The position numbers and the translations under genes were made by a program. The notes below the pieces were generated by a model. It was not told the origin of the DNA and ran no database searches. It saw only the letters and a program-made list of their open reading frames with translations. This document shows, piece by piece, positions 10,034 through 22,926 of a stretch of DNA of 64,000 nt; the first letter of the stretch is position 1, and the number at the start of each line of letters is the position of its first letter. Origin of the DNA: an uncultured Planctomycetota bacterium (lineage in GTDB: Bacteria > Planctomycetota > Planctomycetia > Gemmatales > Gemmataceae); contig CAWKHF010000012.1 in NCBI GenBank assembly GCA_963849325.1, forward strand, positions 768,001 to 832,000. The letters are read 5' to 3'.

Positions 10034-13000
10034 ATGCCCTGGCCGCAAGCGACGGATTACAACGCCGCCGTACAGAACCCACGGCTGTGCTTCCGCGATG
10101 ACGACCTGCGTTCGGGCCAGGTGGTCGGCGACCTGTTCGGTCTGCCGCGACCGCACTCCGGCAACTTCGCCGACGTCTATCAGGTGCAAGGAGCGGACCA
10201 GCAAAGCTGGGCCGTCAAGTGCTTCACCCGCCCCGTCGCCGGACTGCACCAACGCTACCAGGCCATCAGCGACCATCTCCGCCAGACCCAACGCGCCTTC
10301 ATGGTCGAGTTCCGCTACCTGGAAGAAGGCATCTTTGTCCGCGGGCAAGCCTATCCCCTCGTCAAGATGCGCTGGGTCGAAGGCTTTCGACTCAACGAAT
10401 TCATCCGCGAACATCTGAGCAATGCGGCCCTGCTGGAACGATTGGCCGGGGGCTGGCTGCGCCTGTCGCAAGAGCTGCGTGACGCCGGCATGGCGCACGG
10501 CGATTTGCAGCACGGCAACGTCCTGCTGGTGCCCGGCAGCAAGAGCGCTTCGCTGGCCTTGAAGCTGATCGACTACGACGGCATGTTCGTGCCGGCCCTG
10601 GCCGACACGCCATCGGGCGAGGTCGGACATCCCAACTATCAGCATCCGCAGCGTCTGCGTGAAGGAGCCTACGACAGCCAGGTCGATCGCTTTTCGCACC
10701 TGCTTATTTACACGGCCCTGCGCTGCGTGCAAGTCGGCGGAATGGAATTGTGGCAGCATTACGACAACGAGGAGAACCTGCTCTTCCGCGAGGACGATTT
10801 TCGTCAGCCGGGCCGGTCGCGTTTGCTGGGCGAGCTGTGGGGCTTGAAGGACCGCGATGCTCGCGCCCTGGTGGGACACCTGTTGTTGGCCAGTCAGGGT
10901 CCGCTGTTGGTGGTGCCGTCGCTGGACGAATTGGTCAGCGACAACGTCGTTCGGCCGTTGAGTATCAGCGAGGAAGCGCAGGTCCACGCTTTGCTGGGCG
11001 AGTCCGCCGCGGCGCGCGCAAGACCCGTGCCGTCGTTCCGGCAGTGGTCGCCAGGCCAACGATTGACGAGCCTGCGGAGGAAGTCGGATTGGCGCCTTTC
11101 GCCGCTCGGGTGGCCGTGCCGACCGACAACGTCGTGGTCGAGACCGAGTCCCAGACTCTGACTCTGGAAGGGACGACCCCGGACTTGCCGCGCGTGGCGA
11201 TACCACCGCCCTTGCCGCCCGCCTTTCGCCGCGACTCGACGCAAGGCGTTCGGGAAACGGTCAACTCGGCCGCGATGGGTCCCGTCGTGCCGAGTCTGTC
11301 GTGGCTGGGCTGGTTGTCCGCCTTCGGAGCGATTGCCCTGGTCGGCTCCCTGGCGATCAACTTGCTGGTCGCGCCCTCTTCCGGCAACCGCCGCTGTCAC
11401 CACGGCAGCCCCACCTCGATCCCATCGCGGATGTCGCGCTCCTCGGCGGGCAGAAGCAGAGAGTGCTGGTGAACGTCCAGCGCAACGACTGCGCCAGACC
11501 GCTGAGGGTCCGGGTTGACGGCCTGCCGGCCGGCATGAAACTGCCGATTCTGACCCTGGCGGCGAACCGGGACAGCATTCCCTTGTCCCTGGCGGCCCCC
11601 TTGGACTGTGAGCTGCCGTCGCGGGAAGTAATCGTCTCTCTCTGGATGGGACAAGAGCGCATCGACCAGCGCCCCTTCCATCTCTCGGTGCGCAAGGTTC
11701 CGCGCCCGGTCTTGCTCGAACGAGAGAACATCCATTGCAAGGCGGGCGAGACGACCGTTTTCACTCCCAAACTGGATCGCAAGGGATGTCGGGAACCGCT
11801 GACCGTGCGGTTCGACAACTTACCGCCGGGCGTGCGGCAAGAGAGCCTATCCGGCCCGGCCGTGAAGCTGACGATCGCGCCGGATGCCAAGCCGGAGCCA
11901 TCGCACCCTGTACGCTTGCGGCTGTGGGTCCGCAACGTCCTCGCCGATACCGCGCCGCTGTTCTTCGACATCGACCCTTCATCGCCGCGAGTGCGGCTGA
12001 AGGCGGAGAACAGGCCCGACTTGCTGTCCGTCTCACTGGGACAGACAGGAGACCTCTCGGTCGTCGTAAGGCGCGACGGTTACGACGGTCCCGTGGACAT
12101 TCGGCTGGACGACCTGCCGCCCGGCGTGACGGCCGCCCCGGTCACCATCCCCGCCCGAATGTCCTCGGCGACCGTGAAGGTCGAGGCCGCCGCGCCGGCC
12201 GAAGCGGGCGAAAGCCAGGTGAAAGTAATCGTCTCCGTGGAAGGACAATCCGTAGAGGAGGGGCAACTCCGGCTCCGTGTCGAGAAACCGGCCGAAAGGC
12301 CCGTCACCAAGCTGGAGGAACCGAGGACGGTTCATTTCGAGTCGGTGGACGGCGTTGCCCTGACGGGCACCTTTTACTCCGGCCCCAAGGGGAAGAAGGG
12401 GGCCTGTGTGCTGATCGTCCCGGACATGGGCCGTCTTCGTCAGGACGCGGGCTGGAGACGGCTGGCGCGGGCGTTGCAGACCGAGGGGCATACGGTGCTC
12501 GCCCTCGACCTTCGCGGGCAGGGCGACAGCAAGACGGTCGCCAGCCGTTTCTGGCGCGAGCAAGCCAACCAGTTCTTGCCGGCCTTCCGGTCCTTCCAGC
12601 AGACCGGGGCCAAGGATTCCTTGCCGGCCGTCCTCGATGCCCGCACGTTTCCGGCCGGGTATCTCTTCTGGCACGTTCTCGACCTCGCCGCGGCACGGAT
12701 GTACCTGGAGAAGAGGAACGATGACCCCGGCTCTTCGGTCAATACCGCCAACCTGATCGTGATCGGCGCCGGTCAGGGAGCCACCATCAGCGTGCTGTGG
12801 TTGAGTTCGGAGTGCCGTCGTTTCCTGGACCCACCGCCGAGCGGCCTGCGCCTGCTGGCGGAAGCCAATGAGGGCGAGCGCGTGGCCGCCGGGATCTGGC
12901 TCAGCCTGGACTTCGGGATGGGCAACAACGCCTTCACGGTCCCGATGGCCGATTGGGTTGGCGATGTCGGTGGTCGTGTCAAGATCCCCATGCTCTTTCT

Positions 13001-13350
13001 GTACGGTGAGAAGGACACCGTCTCCGCCGAGCGCCGAGAAGCTGCTGCGGAAGCCGCATTCCGCTCTCACGCGCAAACAGGCCATCGCTCACACGGCCGA
13101 TGTCGGCCAGGGACTACTGCGGAAGGAACTGGCGACCGAGAAAACCATCGTCGGCTACGTCGCCGCGGTCATGAAGGCCGGCGCGCGTCCGGCGATGGCG
13201 CGCGGCGTCATCGGCCGGTCCTCGTACTGGTTGCTACCCGACGGCCAGCACTACACGGCCAAACGAGGCGGTGACAGCCATCTCGTGGCGGCGCCCCTGG
13301 AGTTGCTGGACATCCCCCTGCCCTCGATCCGGCAGCCTCGCCGCCCCTGA
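10034..13350 (+). CDS. protein kinase + Pro-rich linker + TM + Ig-like repeats + alpha/beta-hydrolase-fold fusion (frameshifts ~11060, ~11380, ~13032)
   Basis: GAGGAG RBS; SGNFADVY, WAVKCF, HGDLQHGNVL, LIDYDGM, GHPNYQHP; V.R.GYDGPV.I.L.DLPPGV repeats; FESVDGVALTGTF, DLRGQGDS, IGAGQGA. Confidence 0.75.
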
Positions 13351-13365
13351 AAAAAGAGAAGAACT

Positions 13366-13434
13366 TCGTTTCGCCGCGACGCGCAGCGGAGCGCGGGAAA
13401 GTCCCGCGCTCCGCTGCGCGTCGCGGCGAAACGA
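13366..13434. repeat. REP-like palindrome, family B (TCGTTTCGCCGCGACGCGCAGCGGAGCGCGGGA...)
   Basis: 33-bp perfect arms between convergent genes; same arms at 40315. Confidence 0.92.
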
Positions 13435-13475
13435 GTTATTCGGTGACGATTGGGCCAACCACGGTCCCTCGCCGT

Positions 13476-14366
13476 TCACCAGGCGAGCGTCGGCGGAAAG
13501 AACTCGGCGATCAGCTCCTCATAGAAGGGTCGCAGGCCGTTCACGTCGGGCCGCGATTCGCCCTTGGAATACAGGTCATAGGGGTTGAAGTCGCGCACGC
13601 CGGCAAACCTCGCGCGGTCGCGCTCGTTCATCAGATGACCGTAGGCGCCCTCGCGGTGGGCCGCGTAGAACGAGTGATAGCGGATCATGTACAACGCCTC
13701 TTCCGGCAGATAGTCCTTGACCACCTGGTACAGATATTCGTCGTGGCCCCAGGACAAGTGGACACGATCCAGCCCGCAGCCCTCCGCGTAGATGCCGCAA
13801 GGCGTCTGATATTTCGGGCATTGACTATCCGTATTATCGGCAAAGAACTCGGGAAAGACGACACGATCGGAGAAGGCGCAGCCAACGGGGAATGTATCGC
13901 CGACCACCGCCCACTGTGGTTCGCCGAACAGGCACAGCACTTTGCCCAGGTCGTGAATCAATCCCGTCAGGATGAACCAACGCGGCCGGCCATCGCGGCG
14001 GATGGACTCGGCCGTCTGCATCAGGTGCTCGATCTGGCTTAGCTCGGTGTCCGGGTCGCTGTCATCGACGAGCGTGTTGAGAAACTCCATTGCTTCCCAG
14101 ATGCCCATGCGGCGGCGACGCAGCGGCAGGTATTGGCGCTTCTTCGTCCGTACGAAGTCGAGCGTCTGCTGCCGATGATTGAGACGATAGAACTCCGTGA
14201 CGCCCGGCCGCGCCTCCGCCCGGTAATCGCGGAAGGCTTCTTTCGCCTTGGCCGTCGCGGGGGGAGGAGGACTCGACTCCGCCGGATAGCGGACTTTCAG
14301 GAAATCTTCCCAGTCGTCCAGACGGTCGAGGGGTTCGCTCGGACGTTGAGTTCGTGGCTCCGACAT
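13476..14366 (-). CDS. myo-inositol oxygenase (MIOX family, HD-domain diiron)
   Basis: [70 protein letters not shown]. Confidence 0.93.
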   Translation of the reverse strand: MSEPRTQRPSEPLDRLDDWEDFLKVRYPAESSPPPPATAKAKEAFRDYRAEARPGVTEFYRLNHRQQTLDFVRTKKRQYLPLRRRRMGIWEAMEFLNTLVDDSDPDTELSQIEHLMQTAESIRRDGRPRWFILTGLIHDLGKVLCLFGEPQWAVVGDTFPVGCAFSDRVVFPEFFADNTDSQCPKYQTPCGIYAEGCGLDRVHLSWGHDEYLYQVVKDYLPEEALYMIRYHSFYAAHREGAYGHLMNERDRARFAGVRDFNPYDLYSKGESRPDVNGLRPFYEELIAEFFPPTLAW

Positions 14367-14371
14367 GGTGA

Positions 14372-15763
14372 CTACCTCCAATCCGGTCCCTCCGTCTTCG
14401 GCGGTCCCGAAGGCGGCACTGCATAAAATGTACGCTCGGGATTGATGAATAGCCACATGGTGGCCGCGCCGAGGAAGGACGCCGAGTACACGCCGAGCAG
14501 TACGTTCCATCCCAGCGAACGGAAGATGACGGCGCCGACGTAGGGCTGAAGCGAGTTGCCGACGTTGCCCACCATGTTGATGAAGCCGGTGGCCGTACCG
14601 GCGTAACGGCCGCCAATGTCCACGATGGTGGCCCAGTTGGCGCCCTGGCCGAAGTCGTGGGCGGCTGATGCCAGGCACATCAGAATGGCGGCTTGCTCGG
14701 GCGTTTTCGCCAGTCGGATGCACGACATCGCCACCGCCGCCGTCGCGTAACCGCTCATGGGGAACAGCGCGCGTCCCAGCCATTTGCGGCCCGTCCGGCG
14801 GACCAGCACGTCGCTGAGGGCGCCGCCGATCAGGCAGGAGATGCCGCCGAAAAACAACGGCATCCCGCTCAACAGCTCCGATTTATTATATTCCAGGCCG
14901 TGAATGTCCTTCATGTAGCGCGGCATCCAGCTGACGAAGAACGACCAGCCGAAGCTGGCGCCGATGTAGAGGAAGCCAATGGCCCACAGGCTCGGCAACG
15001 TCAGCAACGCACCCCAGGCGCGAGCGGGCATGTGATGGCCCTCGGCGACCGGCGCGGCATCGCCCTTGATGAGCCGTAGCTCGGCATCGTTGACCGAGGC
15101 GACGTTGGCGGGATCATCGCGGAACCAGGGGTAGAAGCCGAGACACCAGAGCACGCCGATCAGCCCCGCCGCCCAGAACGCCGTGCGCCAGGCCGGGATG
15201 TCGCCGGGCAGGTGGAGGGACGTCAAGAGTGAGCGAAAACCAGCGGAATCGAAGGCGGTGAGCATCGATCCGAACAGGATCGGCGAGAAGGCGCCTCCCC
15301 AGCGGGCCAGCAGCCAGAGCAGTCCGCCGGCGCAAGCGCGAGCGCGGGCCGGCAGCCAACGACCCTGGACGCGGGCCATGTTCGGAAACGCTCCCGCCTC
15401 GCCGGCGCCGAAGAGCAGACGAAACGTCAACAGCGACACAAAGCCGGTCGCCGAACCCGACAGGATGGTGAACAGCGACCAGGCCAGTACGATCCGCGTC
15501 AGCGTGACGCGGGCGCCGTAGCGGTCGCCCATCCAGCCGCCGGGGATCTCAAAGAGGGCGTAGGCCAGCCAGAACGCGCCCAGGACCAACCCCATTTGCC
15601 CGTCGGAGATAACCAGGTCTTTCTGAATGTCCTCTGCGGCCCGTACAATACAAACACGGTCGAAATAGGTGAGAAACGACAACACACACAGGAAGGCCAT
15701 CACCACGTAGCGTCGCCGCGTGGGAAATCGGATCGATGGAGTGAAGGCAGGAAGAGGTTGCAC
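14372..15763 (-). CDS. MFS transporter (anion:cation symporter-like, sugar acid)
   Basis: [32 protein letters not shown]; ~12 TM helices; start GTG 15763 inferred. Confidence 0.88.
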   Translation of the reverse strand: MQPLPAFTPSIRFPTRRRYVVMAFLCVLSFLTYFDRVCIVRAAEDIQKDLVISDGQMGLVLGAFWLAYALFEIPGGWMGDRYGARVTLTRIVLAWSLFTILSGSATGFVSLLTFRLLFGAGEAGAFPNMARVQGRWLPARARACAGGLLWLLARWGGAFSPILFGSMLTAFDSAGFRSLLTSLHLPGDIPAWRTAFWAAGLIGVLWCLGFYPWFRDDPANVASVNDAELRLIKGDAAPVAEGHHMPARAWGALLTLPSLWAIGFLYIGASFGWSFFVSWMPRYMKDIHGLEYNKSELLSGMPLFFGGISCLIGGALSDVLVRRTGRKWLGRALFPMSGYATAAVAMSCIRLAKTPEQAAILMCLASAAHDFGQGANWATIVDIGGRYAGTATGFINMVGNVGNSLQPYVGAVIFRSLGWNVLLGVYSASFLGAATMWLFINPERTFYAVPPSGPPKTEGPDWR

Positions 15764-15771
15764 GAAAAGCC

Positions 15772-16686
15772 TCACCGCGCCGCTTGCGCCTTGAGTAATC
15801 CCTGCGCACGCAACCAGTCGGCGCAGCGCCGCGGCCAGGTGGAGCAAGGTTTGGCCGTCGGACGCAGGCCGAAGCCGTGACCGCCGGAAGCGTAGACGTG
15901 CAGCTCGGCGGGGACGCCGGCGCGTTTCAACGCCCGGTACATCCGCACGCTATTGTCCGCCGGGACGCCGTCGTCGCCGGCGTGCGCGAAGAACGTCGGC
16001 GGACACTCCTTGCGCACGCGGATGTCCGAAGCGAGTTCGTCCTTGTCCTTGGCGATCAGGTAAGCGGGATAAATCAGGATGGTGAAGTCCGGCCGGCAGC
16101 TGATCCGATCGCTGTCGTCCAGCGGTTCGTAGGCTCGTTTGTCGAAGTTGGTGGCGACCGAGGCAGCCAGGTGTCCGCCCGCGGAAAAACCGAGTATGCC
16201 GATCCGTTTGGAATCCAAATCCCATTCTTTGGCCTTGCCGCGCACCAGGCTCAATGCTCGCTGGGCGTCTTGGAGAGCGCCGAGGGGCGGTTTATCCTTC
16301 GGCTGGTCGGGGCGGCGCGGCACGCGGTACTTGAGGACGATGCCGGTCACGCCAATCGAGTTCAGCCACGCCGCAACCTCTTCGCCTTCGAGATCCCAGG
16401 CGAGGATGTTGTAACCGCCGCCCGGACAGATGAGCACGGCGGCGCCCGTGTCCTTGTCCTTCGCCGGACGAAAGACGGTGATCGTCGGACGGCTGACGTT
16501 GCTGACGATGTGGATGGTCCCGACACCGGATTTCTGCTCGCGCGTCGCTTCCGCGCCGATCGTCTTCGTCTCGCCCGGAGGCTTGCCGGGCCAAACGTCG
16601 AGGACGACGGGCTTGTCCGCCGCTCGTATCGGCGCGGCGAGGGAGAGGAGAACCGTCGGCAACACACAGACGAGGATGCGCTTCAT
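15772..16686 (-). CDS. secreted alpha/beta hydrolase (acetyl/feruloyl esterase-like)
   Basis: Signal peptide; CPGGGY, GFSAGG, GGHGFG. Confidence 0.88.
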   Translation of the reverse strand: MKRILVCVLPTVLLSLAAPIRAADKPVVLDVWPGKPPGETKTIGAEATREQKSGVGTIHIVSNVSRPTITVFRPAKDKDTGAAVLICPGGGYNILAWDLEGEEVAAWLNSIGVTGIVLKYRVPRRPDQPKDKPPLGALQDAQRALSLVRGKAKEWDLDSKRIGILGFSAGGHLAASVATNFDKRAYEPLDDSDRISCRPDFTILIYPAYLIAKDKDELASDIRVRKECPPTFFAHAGDDGVPADNSVRMYRALKRAGVPAELHVYASGGHGFGLRPTAKPCSTWPRRCADWLRAQGLLKAQAAR

Positions 16687-16848
16687 GAGGGATGGTCCTT
16701 GGTCGGGGCGAGGTCCGAAGCAGGATCGTATCGCCGACCCGGCGCGCATGCAAGCACCGGCTGTCCGAGGACCGTCGAAAACGCGGGCCGCCGTACAATG
16801 ACGAGACAGCGGGACGCGGACGGTCCCTCGCTCACGGAGAACGGCATC

Positions 16849-17730
16849 ATGCTCGTCGATCTTGTGCAAACCACCACGCGCGACGGGTTCCGGCTCGATG
16901 CCGCCTTCCTTCCCCCGGCCGGTCCCGGTACACCGACCATCGCCGTCGATGCTTTCTGCTTCCTGCACGGCACCGGCGGCAACTTTTACAGCTCGACGCT
17001 ATTCGACGACCTCGGCGAGCGCCTGCGGGGACTCGGCTGCGGCGTGCTGCGCGTCAACACGCGCGGCCATGACGGCGTGAGTACGGCCCTGACCGAGCAG
17101 GGCGGCCGACGGCAGGGAGCGGCCTACGAAGTGGTCGATCACTGCCGGCATGATGTCGCGGCCTGGTTGGCCTGGCTGCGGCAGCACGCCGGCCCGCGCG
17201 TCGGTCTCCTCGGCCACAGCATGGGGGCCGTCAAATGTCTGTACGCCCTGGCCCACGAACCGCAGAACGCCCCCGTCTGCGCCGTGGCCATTTCTCCGCC
17301 GCGGCTCTCGTATTCGTGGTTCTGCTCCAGCCCCGAGGGGGCGGACTTCCTGAACACCTACCAACTCGCCGAGCACCACGCGGCGGACGGCCAGCCCGGA
17401 GCGCTGCTCGAAATAAAGCTGCCCTTGCCCTTCCTCATCACGGCGGGCGGCTACCTGGAAAAATACGGGCCGGAGGAACGCTACAACTATCTGCACTTCG
17501 TGGCCGGCGTACCTTGTCCGACGCTGATTACCCTGGGCAGTGTCGAAGTGGCGAATAACATGGCCTTCCGCGAGGCGCCGCAAGCCGTGGAGGAGTTGGC
17601 TGCCCGGCGCAGGAACCTGTTCGTCGAAACCATCGCCGGCGCCGACCATTTTTATAACGGCGTCCGCGATCTGCTATCCGCTCAAGTGGAGGCGTGGTTG
17701 CGCCGGACGCTGAATGGGCCGATCACCTAA
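16849..17730 (+). CDS. alpha/beta hydrolase
   Basis: [26 protein letters not shown]. Confidence 0.85.
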   Translation: MLVDLVQTTTRDGFRLDAAFLPPAGPGTPTIAVDAFCFLHGTGGNFYSSTLFDDLGERLRGLGCGVLRVNTRGHDGVSTALTEQGGRRQGAAYEVVDHCRHDVAAWLAWLRQHAGPRVGLLGHSMGAVKCLYALAHEPQNAPVCAVAISPPRLSYSWFCSSPEGADFLNTYQLAEHHAADGQPGALLEIKLPLPFLITAGGYLEKYGPEERYNYLHFVAGVPCPTLITLGSVEVANNMAFREAPQAVEELAARRRNLFVETIAGADHFYNGVRDLLSAQVEAWLRRTLNGPIT

Positions 17731-17756
17731 CCTTTGCCGTGAAAGGACCAACCGAC

Positions 17757-18635
<879 letters not shown>

Positions 18636-18653
18636 AATTCGGCGAAATCCTCT

Positions 18654-18706
18654 CGGAGCCTGAAGCGTAAGCGAAGAGCATCCCTTCGCTTACGCTTCAG
18701 GCTCGG
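18654..18706. repeat. REP-like palindrome, family A
   Basis: Near-identical to 572..624; between convergent genes. Confidence 0.9.
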
Positions 18707-18729
18707 ATAAAGACTTAATGGATCTTACA

Positions 18730-19653
18730 TTAGCGATTGGGTAGGGAGAGCAACTCGCGTGCTCCACAGGCGAGCAGAATATCGGCGAGCTGTTGACCAA
18801 GCTCTTCCGGCTCTGCCGCCGGCCCATCCTTCTCCGCCGTGACTCGCTGCCGGCCATCCGGCGTCAGCACGGCGCCGCGTAACATCAGACGATCGCCCTC
18901 CACGCGGGCACTGGCACCGATGGGCACCAGACAGCCGCCGCCCAGGCCGCGCAGCAGCGCTCGCTCGGCCAGGACCGCCTGCCGCGTCGGCGCGTCGTTG
19001 AGCCGGTCGAGCAGGCCAACCGTGACCGCATCGTCCGCCCGACATTCCAGCCCTAATGCCCCTTGTCCGACCGCCGGCAGCATCCAGGCGGGATCGAGCA
19101 CTTCCGTGATGGCCGACGACAGACCGAGGCGTCGCAGCCCCGCCTCGGCCAGCACAATCGCATCGAGGTTTTGCTCGTCCAGTTTCCGCAGCCGCGTCTC
19201 GACGTTGCCGCGCAGGTTCACCAGCGTCAAATCCGGTCGGCGATATAGCGCCTGTGAGCGTCGCCGTAGACTGCTGGTGCCCACGACGGCGCCCGGCGGC
19301 AGGTCGTCGAAGCGACGGTGCCGGTGCGACACCAATACGTCGCCGGAGGGGCCGCGCGCCGGCACGGCCGCGAGAGTCAGGCCGGCGACGAACGTGGTCG
19401 GCAGGTCTTTCAAGCTATGTACGGCGACCTCGACGGTGCCGGCGAGCAAGGCGCGCTGGATCTCCTTGGTGAACACGCCATCGCCGCCGATCTGCGTCAG
19501 CGCCACGTCGCGGATGCGGTCGCCGGCCGTCTCGATCTCGACCAGCTCGACCGCACGCGGCGCGGCCAGGGGACGCAGCAACTCGGCGACGTGCCGGGCC
19601 TGCCACAGAGCCAGCGGACTGCCACGAGTGCCGATGCGCAAGGGAGGATTCAT
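18730..19653 (-). CDS. hemC: hydroxymethylbilane synthase (porphobilinogen deaminase)
   Basis: IGTRGSPLALWQA, GVFTKE, AVHSLKDLPT, GTSSLRR, RGNVETRL, GGGCLVP. Confidence 0.96.
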   Translation of the reverse strand: MNPPLRIGTRGSPLALWQARHVAELLRPLAAPRAVELVEIETAGDRIRDVALTQIGGDGVFTKEIQRALLAGTVEVAVHSLKDLPTTFVAGLTLAAVPARGPSGDVLVSHRHRRFDDLPPGAVVGTSSLRRRSQALYRRPDLTLVNLRGNVETRLRKLDEQNLDAIVLAEAGLRRLGLSSAITEVLDPAWMLPAVGQGALGLECRADDAVTVGLLDRLNDAPTRQAVLAERALLRGLGGGCLVPIGASARVEGDRLMLRGAVLTPDGRQRVTAEKDGPAAEPEELGQQLADILLACGARELLSLPNR

Positions 19654-20148
19654 GCTCGGGGTGCGCCCAGTTGTTCGAGGGCTTGCCGCAGGTTCGCCGC
19701 CGTCGTCGCCCGCTCTTCGCGGCCCGTCTCCATGCGCCGCCGCCACGCCTCATCGTCCGCCGCGCGCTCGATGGCCGGCCAAACCGCGCAGCCGGTCGGG
19801 ATCATCGAGGGAGCGCGGAAAAAGGTGCCAGTGCAGGTGCGGCACCTGGTTGCCCAACAGCTCGTAGTTGAGCTTGTGCGGGCGGCAACATTTCTGGATG
19901 GCCCGGGCGAGCAGACACATCTCGTCCAGGTACGTCCGCCGTTCGTCCGCCGGCAGTTCGTTCAGTTCGACGGCATGTCTCCGCGAGACCAGGATGCAAT
20001 ATCCGTGATAGAACTGCCACGGCCCCAGCAGGGCGACGCTGCGCGGAAAGCGCCAGACGAGTTCAGAGGCGCCGAACTCCTCGATCGTCTCCAACTTCCA
20101 GCAGAACGGACAATCCGGCTTGTTCAATGACAGCTCCTTGTCAGTCAT
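19650..20148 (-). CDS. HIT family protein (frameshift ~19785)
   Basis: DCPFC, GNQVPHLHWHLFPR; restored C-terminus ends in an ATGA overlap with hemC. Confidence 0.88.
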
Positions 20149-20170
20149 CCTTTCGCACGTCGCTTCCCCT

Positions 20171-21031
20171 TCAGGGAGAGACGGGTGCGTCCTCGGGCCT
20201 CTCGTCCACGCGCGGGCTTTCCACCTCGGTCCCCTCCACGCCGTCCACTCTCTCCAGGTCGGCGGGCGATTCCGGCGAGGCCAGACACTCGATCACCGGA
20301 GCCGGGCACGGATAAAGCTTGTCGTAGATCCAACACGCCGCGGGAAAGCCGAACCGGGCGCCCAGCAGGGCCGGCGTCCGCCGGGTCCATTCCGCGGCAC
20401 CCTCCTCGGCGAGGGACGCCGTGCGGCCGCGCCGCATCTTGTAACGGACGGCGCACAGCAGGAGCCAGAGAACGACGCCACCACCAAGGAGGCCGACGAG
20501 GATGAACTCGTTGACGACCGACGTGGACTGCCCGCGCGTGGCGTGGGCCTGGAGGGTGGCGCGGACCTGACCGGCCAGGGCAAGCAAGGCGCGGTCGGGC
20601 CCGCTGTCGTGCAGGCGGCGGGCGATGGTCCGCCGCAGTTCCTCGGCGTCATGCGGGGTAAACGCCGGATCGTCGCCGGGCCGGACGATGACGTGAACGT
20701 CCCTGGGGTCGTTGCAGATGACGACGTAGATGCCGTCCAGGCCCGATTCGCCCGCCCGCTTGCGGGCCTGTTCTTCGAGGACGCGGTTGACCTGCCGAGT
20801 CCACAGAAAACGGAACAGTTTCCGTTCGTGCGGAGGCGCCGAAGGAATCGTGTCCACGACCAAATGGCGGTCATACGTGCGGCGAATGTCGTCGATCTGC
20901 CGCTCGGCCTCGGCGATGGTCTTGGCCGGGAACAACCCGGCGTCATCGCGGATTGGCGAGGTGCGTTCATCGGCCCTGGCGACGCCAGCCAGGCCCATCA
21001 GGCACAGGATGCACGGGAATGTCCGAACCAT
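20171..21031 (-). CDS. TPM domain-containing protein
   Basis: Signal peptide, IRDDAGLF, LDGIYVVIC, TM helix; paralog of the upstream gene. Confidence 0.72.
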   Translation of the reverse strand: MVRTFPCILCLMGLAGVARADERTSPIRDDAGLFPAKTIAEAERQIDDIRRTYDRHLVVDTIPSAPPHERKLFRFLWTRQVNRVLEEQARKRAGESGLDGIYVVICNDPRDVHVIVRPGDDPAFTPHDAEELRRTIARRLHDSGPDRALLALAGQVRATLQAHATRGQSTSVVNEFILVGLLGGGVVLWLLLCAVRYKMRRGRTASLAEEGAAEWTRRTPALLGARFGFPAACWIYDKLYPCPAPVIECLASPESPADLERVDGVEGTEVESPRVDERPEDAPVSP

Positions 21032-21086
21032 GACTGCGTTCTCCGACGGTTGTTCCCTCGCCCTGGCTTTGCGGGGCGGAGGAGAG

Positions 21087-22185
21087 TCAGAAATCGCCGC
21101 CGCCGCCGAAATCCCCTCCGCCTCCGCCGCCAAAGTCTCCTCCGCCGCCGCCGAAATCGCCACCTCCGCCGCCGAAATCGCCGCCTCCGCCGCCGTCATC
21201 ACCGCCGAAATCGCCACCCCCGCCGCCATCATCGTTGCCGAAATCGCCGCCCGTGCCGGAGTAATCGGTATCCTCGCCTGGTCCCGTGTCCATGTTGCTC
21301 GTTGGCGTACCGGCCTGGGCGGCGCCGCCCCAACCCGAAGAGCCGCCGCCGAGGAAGTGGTTGTACATCCACATGCCGGCCGCCGCCCCGAACATGCCGC
21401 CCATCAGCGAGCTGAAGAATCCGCCCCCACCTCCGCCGCCGCCGCCGTAACCTCCCCCGTAGCCGCCGCCGTAGCCGCCGCGTCCGGCCCCGGTGAAGGC
21501 CCGGATTAGTCCGAACAACAGCCACAGCCCCAGCAGCACCACGACACCAATACAGACCCAAGCCAGGAGGTAATTCCCCGCGTGGGGACCGCCCCCCGCC
21601 GGCATCGGCGTGCCGGACGCCGCTCGCGTTCAACGTCCCCATTCATCCTCGGACGAATGACGGACTCCCGCCGACTTGCCGAGGTTCTGTCTCAAAGTCG
21701 TCGCGTAGAAATCGACGGACTCCTGCAACCCTTCGTCGTATTTTTTGTCCTTGAATTTCTCGAGCAGAAGCTTGGCCAACTCGTTGCGGTTGCGCGGCGT
21801 GAATGCTTTCTTTTGCGTCTCGTTGCCGACCTCGACTTGCAGGTGCGAGGGACTCTTGCAGATCAGGACGTACACGCCGTTGACCGCGTTCTCGTGAGCT
21901 TGATCGCGCACCCACTTCTCGAAGAACTCCTTTCGGTTCTCGGGCTTGTAATCCTTCTTGAGGTCCGCCGGAATTTCCGGGAACGTCTCGATCAAGGAGA
22001 TCCTTGTTGTAGTTCTGAGCGATCTCGCGGATCTTCTTGTTCGCCTTGGCGACGGCCTCGGCAGAGAAGAACTTGCCTTCGTCCTTGATGATGGGCGCCA
22101 CGTTGGCGGCGGACGCCACGGCGGCCAGTCCGAGCCAGCCGGCCACGACGGCCGGAATCAGCAGCCGACGGGAGGTGGAAAACAT
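21087..22185 (-). CDS. TPM domain protein with TM and Gly-rich (GGDFG)n tail (frameshifts ~21992, ~21635)
   Basis: AGGAG RBS, signal peptide, IKDEGKFFS, VNGVYVLICKSP, FKDKKYDEGL, GGFFSSLMGGMFGAAAGMWMY. Confidence 0.8.
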
Positions 22186-22341
22186 AAGCCCCTGTCTCCT
22201 CTGCAAAAGGTTCGGACAGCCGCCATGAACACGGGGGACCGTTCTCTTATATTATCAGGGGGATGGGCCTTGCGGAACAGTCCCGAGGTCCAGGCCGATC
22301 GCTGTCCATTTATACAGGAGGCGATCGACGCCGGTTGTACC

Positions 22342-22376
22342 CGTTTCGCCGCGACGCACCGGGGAGCGCGAAACGA
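22342..22376. repeat. internally deleted family B repeat just upstream of the hslV RBS
   Basis: CGTTTCGCCGCGACGC...GCGAAACGA keeps both termini of family B. Confidence 0.55.
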
Positions 22377-22391
22377 GAAGGAGGTTGCACT

Positions 22392-22925
22392 GTGCCTCGT
22401 CTGCATTCGACCACCATCCTGGCCGTGCGCCATCGCGGCGGCGTGGCCCTCGGCGGCGACGGCCAGGTCACGCTTGGGCAGTACGTCGTCAAAAGCGACG
22501 CCCACAAGATCCGCCGTCTACACAATGGCCGCGTCCTGACCGGCTTTGCCGGTGCCTCGGCGGACGCCTTCGCCCTGCTGGAGCGCTTCGAGGCCAAGCT
22601 GAAGGACTTCCAAGGCAACGTGCCACGCGCCGCCACGGAATTGGCGAAGGATTGGCGCATGGATCGCAGCTTGCGCCGCCTGGAAGCGATGCTGATCGCG
22701 GCGGACCAGGAGCATTTGCTGGTCGTCAGCGGCACCGGCGACGTGATCCAGCCGACCGACGGCGTGGCCGGCGTCGGCTCCGGCAGTCCTTATGCCGTCG
22801 CTGCTGCCCGCGCCCTGCTGAACCATACCGACCTCGGCGCCGCCCAGGTCGTCCGCACGGCCCTGGAGATCGCCGCCGACCTGTGCATCTACACCAACCG
22901 CAACATCGACGTGGAAGAGCTATAA
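22392..22925 (+). CDS. hslV: ATP-dependent protease subunit HslV
   Basis: [43 protein letters not shown]. Confidence 0.96.
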   Translation: MPRLHSTTILAVRHRGGVALGGDGQVTLGQYVVKSDAHKIRRLHNGRVLTGFAGASADAFALLERFEAKLKDFQGNVPRAATELAKDWRMDRSLRRLEAMLIAADQEHLLVVSGTGDVIQPTDGVAGVGSGSPYAVAAARALLNHTDLGAAQVVRTALEIAADLCIYTNRNIDVEEL

Positions 22926-22926
22926 A

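Noticed and set aside
21087-21250. GCC/GGC-rich low-complexity tract as a DNA repeat element, and the EIAA-repeat ORFs in other frames
   Set aside because: Explained by the Gly-rich GGDF tail of the TPM protein
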